A stretch of 43,187 bases of DNA, from NCBI GenBank assembly GCA_036273235.1, contig DASUIB010000017.1, positions 1 through 43,187 on the forward strand. Reading direction: 5' to 3'. This stretch comes from Sphingomicrobium sp. GTDB lineage: Bacteria > Pseudomonadota > Alphaproteobacteria > Sphingomonadales > Sphingomonadaceae. Under the pieces are notes generated by a model, which saw only the letters and a list, made by a program, of their open reading frames with translations, had not been told where the DNA came from and ran no database searches. Position 1 is the first letter of the stretch, and every line of letters starts with the position of its first letter. Shown one piece after another: positions 32,304-39,203 of this stretch. A program made the position numbers and the translations under genes.

Positions 32304-32599
32304 CCTAACTCTCTAGCTCTCATCAGCTCAGAAGAAATATCCTAAAGTGAAATAGTCGTTTGCAATTCTTCAAATTAACACGGCATAAGACGATAGGTCT
32401 GTCCTTTTAGTTCGTGAATATATTCTTCATCTCTTTTTATATTTTTTCTTTCCTGTTGATATCGAGGATTTTGTCGGCTACTGATTTTCTCGCTACCAGT
32501 CGCAATCGACGGTCCTTGGCGCTAAGCCGCTCCTCCGCCCTTCTTTCACGCCTCCTAGCGGCAGCCGCCATTCCGGCGCTGCCAACCAAGGAACACACC

Positions 32600-32809
32600 A
32601 TGAAATATTTCGGAACCGTCAAGTCGTTCGACACGATCAAGGGCCACGGCGAAATCAAGCAGGAAGCGGGCGGCGACGACCTTCGCTTCGAAACCAGCGC
32701 GATCACGTGGGACAAGAATGTTGCCCCGACGGTCGGCCAGCGTCTCAGCTACGATGTCGGCCAGACTCCCGAGCGCCACGCGTGCGCGCTGAACCTGCAG
32801 ACGATCTAA
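32600..32809 (+). CDS. Atypical cold-shock domain protein
   Basis: AAGGAA RBS; GTVKSFD..KGHGEI...GQRLSYDV...ALNL pattern of the CSD fold, 69 aa. Confidence 0.85.
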   Translation: MKYFGTVKSFDTIKGHGEIKQEAGGDDLRFETSAITWDKNVAPTVGQRLSYDVGQTPERHACALNLQTI

Positions 32810-32944
32810 TCGGCCGGCGGAAGCCGTTGCTTCCGTCTGCACTGTAATGCGTTGGGGGCCGATCCCGGACGGCGGTTGAGCGACCTGAAGTCCTCGCTGT
32901 CCGGGTGAGCCCACCGGCCGCCAGGAAACGAAAAAGCCCGGGTC

Positions 32945-33064
32945 ATGAAGGACCAGGTTAGAGGGAATTGGCGCAGCCTGGCGTTGCCGCTCGTCCTCAC
33001 GGCGATCGTCACTGGATCGGCACCGGGCTTCGCTTTCTCCCGGGCGCCGCTTTCGGGCTCGTAA
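32945..33064 (+). CDS. Possible 39-aa hydrophobic peptide
   Basis: MKDQVRGNWRSLALPLVLTAIVTGSAPGFAFSRAPLSGS*; weak RBS support. Confidence 0.3.
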   Translation: MKDQVRGNWRSLALPLVLTAIVTGSAPGFAFSRAPLSGS

Positions 33065-33171
33065 ATCCCGGGCGCACACCCCATATCGGAAGCATCGCCG
33101 GCAATGCACGCGTAGGCGCCGGCGGCTGAGAGACAGAGGCGCTCCCGCTTACAGCATCTGGAGCATGAGCG

Positions 33172-33330
33172 ATGGACCTCAATTCTCTTCCGGAACGCAA
33201 CCCGCCCGTGCCGACCGAGCCCGGCGACTCGCTGACGCCGCGCGAAGCACGCGCTTATGAACAGTTCGCGCGCGAACATGCCGAGCAGACCCGAATGATT
33301 CAGGACGCTCTGCTGGGGTCCGCCAAATGA
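33172..33330 (+). CDS. 52-aa microprotein (MDLN...)
   Basis: GGAG upstream; stop overlaps the next start as ATGA (33327-33330). Confidence 0.6.
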   Translation: MDLNSLPERNPPVPTEPGDSLTPREARAYEQFAREHAEQTRMIQDALLGSAK

Positions 33331-33641
33331 GCGCGCCCGAGACCGCGGACGATCCCGCGAGCGCCGCGACGCCCCGCCGGGCCATGACTTTCCGCAAGTA
33401 CAGCAAGAAGCCGCTTCCCACGCCCGATGAGGCGCGGCGGCAGAGCCACGTCGTCCAGTCCGCCTGGCGCCACTTCGGCGAGCCGGGGCCGGTGATCGCC
33501 TTCCTCAACACCCGCCACGAAGGCCTCGAGGGCCAGCCGCTTCACCTTGCGATCGAGAGCGACGAGGGGCTCGCCCGGGTCGAAACATTGCTCAGCCGAA
33601 TGACTCGCGAAACGCAGCCCGAGCCCCGCATATGCGAATGA
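33327..33641 (+). CDS. DUF2384 / Xre-MbcA-ParS antitoxin C-terminal-like protein
   Basis: AFLNTRHEGLEGQPLHLAIESDEGLARVETLL matches the family pattern; no HTH and no RES toxin adjacent. Confidence 0.7.
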   Translation: MSAPETADDPASAATPRRAMTFRKYSKKPLPTPDEARRQSHVVQSAWRHFGEPGPVIAFLNTRHEGLEGQPLHLAIESDEGLARVETLLSRMTRETQPEPRICE

Positions 33642-33778
33642 AGCGCCCCCCGCCGACCGACGAGATGGATCTCGTGCGCGTCGAGCGCGCCGCGAAGGAG
33701 CGCAAGGAGCGATCTTTCGCCGAGGACAAGGCGCTCGACGCCGCCGTCCGCAACAGCATCAAGCTCCACGGCGCCTGA
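33638..33778 (+). CDS. 46-aa microprotein
   Basis: ATGA coupling to the previous gene; strongly GC3-biased codons; MKRPPPTDEMDLVRVERAAKERKERSFAEDKALDAAVRNSIKLHGA*. Confidence 0.65.
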   Translation: MKRPPPTDEMDLVRVERAAKERKERSFAEDKALDAAVRNSIKLHGA

Positions 33779-33793
33779 TATCGGAGAGGAAGC

Positions 33794-34105
33794 ATGGCCG
33801 ATTCCGACCGTTCGAAAGGCAAGGGCTTCACCGTCTTGCGTTCGGCCGACGAGCAGGCCGAGATGAAGCGCGCGGAGCAGGACTGGGCCAATGAAGGCGG
33901 GCACATGAGCTCGACCTCGGGCCGCGTCGTCAATCGTCCCGGCGAGGACCTGCCGTTCGTCGCCATCCTGTTGCACCACGCCAGCGAGCGCACCGAACAC
34001 GGCTTCGCGACGATGCGCGAGGCGGAGGCGTTCATCAAGCGCAACACGCCCGTGCCGGAACCGAAGCTGTCGAAGCTGTACGACCGGTCGGCGTCTGAAT
34101 GGTGA
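33794..34105 (+). CDS. Hypothetical protein with DWANEGG motif
   Basis: GAGAGGA RBS; high GC3 codon bias. Confidence 0.75.
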   Translation: MADSDRSKGKGFTVLRSADEQAEMKRAEQDWANEGGHMSSTSGRVVNRPGEDLPFVAILLHHASERTEHGFATMREAEAFIKRNTPVPEPKLSKLYDRSASEW

Positions 34106-34182
34106 GCTTCGAGGGCACCATGCGACAGGCGGTGAGAGGGCGAGCAGCTCGCCGAGGATGAAAGCGCAGCCGCGCAAGCGCG

Positions 34183-35283
34183 CTAGCACGGCGGCTGGCC
34201 GAGGATGGCGCGGCGCGCCATCGCCATCGCGTCCGTCGCCGACGGCGGATCATAGTTCGAGAGCGCGACGATCGTCTCCCCGCTTGCCGGAAACAGGTCG
34301 AACTCGGCATTGATGCCGAGGCTTCCGCCGCCGTGACCGACCGCCCAACGGCCATCGGGGTAATCCATCCGAACGAACCCGTAAGCATAGCTGACCTGCG
34401 CGCCGTCGCGGGATTGACCGGGGACTCTAGCGGCCCACAGCTGTTCGACGATCGAGCGGGACAGAAGCTTGCCCGATCGAAGAGCTTCGCCGAATTTGAC
34501 CATGTCCAGCGCCGAAGCCACCGCGCCGCCGGCCGGTCCGCCGCGCCGTCCCCCAATTTCAGGCGCGGGGCGAGCGACGGACGCCATGCTTCCATCCGGT
34601 TGGTGCTTCGTCATGGCCGTTGCGCGCGGCGCCGTTCCGGCAAGATCGGCGGCCGACATGCCAGCGGGCACGAAGATGTGCGTGCGAACGTAATCGGCAT
34701 AGGACATGCCGCTCAGCTTCTCGATCACGGCGCCGAGGACAACGTAGCCGGAATTTGAATATTGCTGTTTTGAACCGGGGGCGAAAGCGAAACCGTCGCG
34801 GATTGCGAGCGGCAAGAGGTCGCTCGCGGTGCGGGCGGCACGAATTGCCTCCGCATTTTCCGGACGCAGATAATCGCCGAGTCCCGATCGATGGGTGAGC
34901 AGCTGATCGATCGTGATTTTGCCGATGCTGGCGGGCAACCCTGCCATCACATGCCCGATGGGCTGGTCGAACGAGAGCTTCCGCTTCTCAACCAGCTGTC
35001 CGATGGCGACGGCGGTGAACATCTTTCCGGCGGAGGCGATGTTGAAGGGCGTTCGGGGAGAAAATGACAGCCGGCCTGCCGGGTCGGGGTGACCGAACGC
35101 GTCGCTTGCAGCCAGCGCTCCGCCGCGGCCGACCGCGACGATTCCCGAAAGTCGACCGGCCTTGGCGGAAGCGGCAAGACACTCCTGGAGAGCGCCGAGA
35201 CCATGATTTGGTCCGGCCGCTCCGGGAGGCGTCGCCGCGAGCATCAGCGGCACAGCCAGCACGAGCATTTTCGACAGACTCAT
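34183..35283 (-). CDS. Serine hydrolase, beta-lactamase family
   Basis: Signal peptide; FNIASAGK (SxxK), LLTHRSG, YSNSGY, GHGGG; AGGAGG RBS. Confidence 0.9.
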   Translation of the reverse strand: MSLSKMLVLAVPLMLAATPPGAAGPNHGLGALQECLAASAKAGRLSGIVAVGRGGALAASDAFGHPDPAGRLSFSPRTPFNIASAGKMFTAVAIGQLVEKRKLSFDQPIGHVMAGLPASIGKITIDQLLTHRSGLGDYLRPENAEAIRAARTASDLLPLAIRDGFAFAPGSKQQYSNSGYVVLGAVIEKLSGMSYADYVRTHIFVPAGMSAADLAGTAPRATAMTKHQPDGSMASVARPAPEIGGRRGGPAGGAVASALDMVKFGEALRSGKLLSRSIVEQLWAARVPGQSRDGAQVSYAYGFVRMDYPDGRWAVGHGGGSLGINAEFDLFPASGETIVALSNYDPPSATDAMAMARRAILGQPPC

Positions 35284-35346
35284 CAGTTGTTCCTCCTACC
35301 GCGGCGCGATAGAGACGAGGCCCAACTTCAACAGGAAGGCCTCTTC

Positions 35347-35919
35347 TTGAGTAGAACGCTCACCGTTGGCAGCGCCCGGATCGCACGCATCCTGGAGGAC
35401 GGCCGGCGGCGACGCCTCCTGCTGTCATTCGTCAATCGGGATCGCAGCCTGAAAGAGGCCGCCGAGATCAACGGACTGCCGCTCAATCTCGCGCATTATC
35501 ACCTGCGTCAGCTCATCGATGCGGACCTTGTCGAAGTCACTCGGGAGCAGAAGAGAGCGGGCCGCCCGATCAAATTTTATCGCGCGCGGTACAGCGCCTA
35601 CCTGATTCCTGCCGCACTGTTGAGATCACGTCCGGCGGAACAGCTCGCTCGAAGCTTGGCGACGGCATTGGAGAATTCGCGGAATCGCGCTGGTGCCGGC
35701 ATCTTGCTCGACATCGATGATTCCGGGCGCGCCCGAATGCGGGAAGCGGCGGGCGCCGGACCCATGCCGCTCGAGATCTGGCGTCGCCTGAATCTGTCGC
35801 GCAGGGAGGCGGAAAGACTCTTCGAGGAGCTGACCGCGACCATTCACCGATACGAACAGCCCACCAGCCGCAACCCTTCTCAGTGGATCGTTCACCTCGC
35901 CATGGGGCAATTGCGGTGA
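35347..35919 (+). CDS. Winged-helix (ArsR-like) transcriptional regulator
   Basis: AGGAAGG RBS before TTG; SLKEAAE..LAHYHLRQLIDADLVEV..RAGRPIKFYRA; divergent from the hydrolase. Confidence 0.8.
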   Translation: MSRTLTVGSARIARILEDGRRRRLLLSFVNRDRSLKEAAEINGLPLNLAHYHLRQLIDADLVEVTREQKRAGRPIKFYRARYSAYLIPAALLRSRPAEQLARSLATALENSRNRAGAGILLDIDDSGRARMREAAGAGPMPLEIWRRLNLSRREAERLFEELTATIHRYEQPTSRNPSQWIVHLAMGQLR

Positions 35920-35932
35920 AACGGTAACGAGC

Positions 35933-36031
35933 GAGCTGATCCGCGACGTCCAGGGCAGCCTGTTCCCGCGCTCGCTGATCGAGCGCTGCCGGGTACCGCC
36001 GGTGACCCCGCCGGGCGTCAAGCGATTATAG
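35933..36031 (+). pseudogene. Relic fragment resembling a phage/GTA terminase large subunit
   Basis: ELIRDVQGSLFPRSLIERCRV resembles the ELIEDVEGALW..LIERCR segment of GTA-type terminases; no start codon or upstream body. Confidence 0.35.
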
Positions 36032-36068
36032 GTATTTTCCTATTGCGATATAGGAACAAATAGGCAAC
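36028..36068 (+). promoter_or_regulatory. Operator array (ATAGG/CCTAT x4) with overlapping LexA-like box
   Basis: Half-sites at 36028, 36039, 36050 and 36060; GAAC-N7-CAAC at 36054-36068. Confidence 0.55.
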
Positions 36069-36101
36069 ATGGAAGGCGCGTCCAGCTCGGAGTCGCCTGT
36101 C

Positions 36102-36194
36102 ATGCTCGTCCTCAATCCCGCTCTCCTGATCGCGCTCGCGGCGCTGATCAGCAGCCTTTCCGCCTTCATCTGGGCGGTCCGGCGAAAGCCGTAG
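36102..36194 (+). CDS. 30-aa single-TM microprotein
   Basis: GGAG RBS at 36089-92; MLVLNPALLIALAALISSLSAFIWAVRRKP*; alternative in-frame ATG at 36069. Confidence 0.65.
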   Translation: MLVLNPALLIALAALISSLSAFIWAVRRKP

Positions 36195-36222
36195 CGCCTG
36201 GATTGACCTGACGGTCACTTTG

Positions 36223-36246
36223 TTCCCCGCTTGCGCGGGAATGACG
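36223..36246. repeat. Single REP-like palindrome (CGTC-tagged type)
   Basis: TTCCCCGCTTGCGCGGGAATGACG; reverse complement CGTCATTCCCGCGCAAGCGGGGAA, a form typical of alphaproteobacterial extragenic palindromes. Confidence 0.6.
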
Positions 36247-36259
36247 GTAAAGCAGGCGC

Positions 36260-36787
36260 ATGCTGACCGAATGGCATGATTACTTTTTCATGATCGGATC
36301 GTCGGCGGCGGCGCTGATCGGGCTGATGTTCGTGGTCGTCACGCTGACCGCGGGCCGCGACCGGCAGGAGGTCGAGCACGGCAAGCAGCTCTATACCTCG
36401 CCGATCGTGTGGCATCTCGCGGCGGTGCTGGTGCTGTGCGCGGCGGCGATCGCGCCGGGGATCAGCGCTCGGCTGTTCGGGATCGTCAGCGGGTGCATGG
36501 CGCTGCTCGGTCTGGGCATCGGGCTTCGAAGCGCGGTCGGAATCACGCGGCGGCCGGGCGTCGCCGACGCCGCCGGGTTCGACATGTTCTGGTACGGGCT
36601 CGCGCCGGCGATCGTCTATGCGGGGCTCGCGGCCGCCGCGTGGGCGATCGTCGCGGGGCGAAGCTGGGGCGTTCCGGCGCTGGCCGCGGACCAGATGGCG
36701 CTGCTTCTGGTCAGCATCCACGCCGAATGGGACCTGGTGACGTTCCTCGCGCCCATCGCCGGACCGCCAGACCGCAACCGCGACTAG
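36260..36787 (+). CDS. Hypothetical membrane protein
   Basis: WHDYFFMIGSSAAALIGLMFVVVTL ... AEWDLVTF; about five TM helices. Confidence 0.85.
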   Translation: MLTEWHDYFFMIGSSAAALIGLMFVVVTLTAGRDRQEVEHGKQLYTSPIVWHLAAVLVLCAAAIAPGISARLFGIVSGCMALLGLGIGLRSAVGITRRPGVADAAGFDMFWYGLAPAIVYAGLAAAAWAIVAGRSWGVPALAADQMALLLVSIHAEWDLVTFLAPIAGPPDRNRD

Positions 36788-37272
36788 CCGCCGAGCTCCA
36801 GCGTCATCTCGATCATCGTCTGGCGGAAGCCGGCCTTGGCGAACATCGCCCGGGCGGCGTCATTCTTCTCCGCGGTGAAGAGCAAGGCGCGCGGAGCGCC
36901 GAGCTCGCGAAGGGCGCCGAGCGCGGCACCGAGCAGCGCGCTTCCGACGCCCAGCCGCCGGTGCGCGGGGTCGACGACCAAGTCGTAAAGGACTCCGGCC
37001 GGACCGCGAAGCGCCATATAATCGCTCCCTTCCATGCCGGCATAAGCATAGCCGACCAGCGCACGATCGCGTTCGGCGGCGAGCACGAGCATTCCGGGCT
37101 TGCCGATCTGCGACACGAGGAAGGCGCCGTAGCGCTGCGGCAGCTCGGGCACCGGGGGGATGAAGCGCTTCGGATCGAAATCGTGATGCTCGGCGACCAG
37201 CATCGCGCCGAGGCGGCCGAGCGCGCGTTCGTCATCGGGTCGCGCGGCGCGGACGGTCACTGGGGCGCTCAT
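36784..37272 (-). CDS. GNAT family N-acetyltransferase
   Basis: VRAARPDD, LVVDPAHRRLGVGSALL (motif A), NDAARAMFAKAGF. Confidence 0.92.
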   Translation of the reverse strand: MSAPVTVRAARPDDERALGRLGAMLVAEHHDFDPKRFIPPVPELPQRYGAFLVSQIGKPGMLVLAAERDRALVGYAYAGMEGSDYMALRGPAGVLYDLVVDPAHRRLGVGSALLGAALGALRELGAPRALLFTAEKNDAARAMFAKAGFRQTMIEMTLELGG

Positions 37273-37325
37273 GGTCGTGGCTTCTCGCAGCCGCGATAAG
37301 CGTCGGCAATCCTACACACTGCCCG

Positions 37326-37727
37326 TCATTCGGTATCCGTTCGTCCTGAACTCGTCCTCTCGGGTGTCCCCCGGACATCCGTTCGTCCTGAGCTCGTTCT
37401 CTCGGATGTCCGCCGGACATCCGTTCGTCCTGAGCTTGTCGAAGGACTGCCTTTCCCCTTCGCCAGCGCCGAAATCTCGGCCCAGTCCCCTCGGATGAGC
37501 GCCATCTTCTTGGCGCGGCTCCAGCCTTTGATCCGGCGTTCGGCGGAGACGGCTTCATAGCGCGTCTCGAATTCCTGCGACCAAACCAGCTCCACCGGCA
37601 AATGGTCGGAGGTGAAGCCGCGGACCAACCCTGACTTGTGCTCGCCGATGCGCTGCTCCAGGTCTTCCGTATGCCCGGTATAGAAATAACCGCCGCGGCA
37701 ATGGAGCATGTACGCGTAGAAGGTCAT
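37326..37727 (-). CDS. GIY-YIG nuclease (UPF0213/YhbQ-like) with repeat-derived C-terminal tail
   Basis: FYAYML..GYFYTGHT.DLEQRIGEH, EAVSAERRIKGWSRAKK.ALI; tail contains TSSGRTD three times. Confidence 0.9.
   Translation of the reverse strand: MTFYAYMLHCRGGYFYTGHTEDLEQRIGEHKSGLVRGFTSDHLPVELVWSQEFETRYEAVSAERRIKGWSRAKKMALIRGDWAEISALAKGKGSPSTSSGRTDVRRTSERTSSGRTDVRGTPERTSSGRTDTE
37335..37447. repeat. Tandem 42-bp repeat (about 2.7 units) built from a REP-like element
   Basis: ATCCGTTCGTCCTGA starts at 37335, 37377 and 37419; units are joined by the hairpin CGGATGTCC-GCC-GGACATCCG or its variant. Confidence 0.9.
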
Positions 37728-37779
37728 GCGGTCTGCCTAAGGGGGAGGACGGTCCTTCGACAAGCTCAGGACGAACGGA
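37420..37779. mobile_element. Candidate REP-flanked GIY-YIG element (360 bp, 28-bp terminal inverted repeats)
   Basis: TCCGTTCGTCCTGAGCTTGTCGAAGGAC (37420-37447) and its exact reverse complement (37752-37779) bracket the nuclease core; mobility is inferred. Confidence 0.55.
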
Positions 37780-37893
37780 GTAAGCGGCGTTTTGTGTCAA
37801 TTCGTCATGCAGCCAGACAAAAGCCCTCCCGCTCAAGCACTTGTTCAGCTAATCGAGCGCAGGTTTCCTAAGCGTGCAATGAGGGGACGTTCG

Positions 37894-39195
37894 ATGCGGT
37901 GGGCTTTGTGGGTTGCGGCGGTCGTGTTCGCCGCGCCGGTGCAGGCGCAGGAGGATGTCGCGCCGGTTGCGGTGGCGAAGCCCGCGGCGGCGGTCCAGCC
38001 GGCGCCGCTCGCGGACGGCAATGTCGCGCCCTTCTACGCCGCGCATCCCGATACGCTCGTGTGGCTGCGCGACGCCGATAGCAAGGCGGCCGCGGCGAAG
38101 CTGGCCGACATTTTGAAGCGGGCGCCGATCGACGGGCTCGCCGACGGGCCCGCGCTCGCCTCCTCGGTCGAAGCGGCGCTTGCCAGCGGGACTCCGGCCG
38201 ATGACCAGATCGTCTCGACGGCCTGGGTCCGCTATGTCCAGGCGCTGAAGCGGCCGGTCGCGGGCGTCAGCTACGGCGACCCGGCGCTTCAGCTCCAGGC
38301 GCCGTCGGCCAATGCGATCCTCAACGAGGCGGCGGCGGCGCCGTCGCTTGCCGCCTATCTCGACGGCGTTTCGGGCGTGAACCCGCTCTATGCCGCGCTC
38401 CGGCAGGATGCGATCGCCGGCGGGCAGCAGGACGATCCGCATGTGCGCGCAACGCTGGACCGGCTTCGGCTGGTGCCGGCGAAGGGCCGGGCGATCCTGG
38501 TCGACGCGGCGAACGCCCAGCTGATGATGATCGAGGACGGCGCTGTCGTCGACACGATGAAGGTGATCGTCGGCAAGCCCGATTTCGCGACCCCGCTGCT
38601 CGCCGGCAAGATCTGGTACGTGACCTTCAACCCCTATTGGCACATCCCCGCCGACGTCGCGAAGCGCAAGGTCGCGCCGATCGTTCTCAAGCGCGGAGTC
38701 AAATATCTGACCGCGGCGCGCTATCAGACGGTTGGCGGCTTCGGCAGCGACAAGGAGGAGCCGATCGACCCGGCGAGCATCGACTGGAAGGCGGTCGCGG
38801 CGGGCAAGGTCGAGGCGCACATCCGCCAGCTGTCGGGCCCGCACAACATGATGGGCAAGATGAAGTTCGGCTTCGCCAACGATTACGGAATCTTCCTCCA
38901 CGACACGCCGGAAAAGGCATTGTTCGCCAAGGACAAGCGCAATTTGAGCCTCGGCTGCGTCCGGCTCGAGCATCCCGAGGCGCTCGCCAAATGGCTGCTC
39001 GGCCACGATCCGGTCGCGCCGAGCGACGACAGCGAGCAGAACGTGCGGATCGGCGATCAGGGCGTGCCGATCTACGTCAGCTATCTGACCGCGCGGCCCG
39101 ACGGGCAGACGATCGCGTTCGCCGACGATGTGTACAAGCTGGACGGGGCGAGCCCGCCGGAGGAAGCGGTCAGTACAGCCTCAGCGAAGCGCTGA
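37894..39195 (+). CDS. Murein L,D-transpeptidase (YcbB/LdtD-like), paralog 2
   Basis: GAGGGG RBS; signal peptide; MKVIVGK, TFNPYW, FLHDTP...SLGCVRL, VPIYVSYLTA. Confidence 0.9.
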   Translation: MRWALWVAAVVFAAPVQAQEDVAPVAVAKPAAAVQPAPLADGNVAPFYAAHPDTLVWLRDADSKAAAAKLADILKRAPIDGLADGPALASSVEAALASGTPADDQIVSTAWVRYVQALKRPVAGVSYGDPALQLQAPSANAILNEAAAAPSLAAYLDGVSGVNPLYAALRQDAIAGGQQDDPHVRATLDRLRLVPAKGRAILVDAANAQLMMIEDGAVVDTMKVIVGKPDFATPLLAGKIWYVTFNPYWHIPADVAKRKVAPIVLKRGVKYLTAARYQTVGGFGSDKEEPIDPASIDWKAVAAGKVEAHIRQLSGPHNMMGKMKFGFANDYGIFLHDTPEKALFAKDKRNLSLGCVRLEHPEALAKWLLGHDPVAPSDDSEQNVRIGDQGVPIYVSYLTARPDGQTIAFADDVYKLDGASPPEEAVSTASAKR

Positions 39196-39203
39196 GTTCA
39201 GCC

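Noticed and set aside
37335-37447. CRISPR array
   Set aside because: Fewer than three full units, near-identical 'spacers', and no cas genes; it is a tandem duplication.
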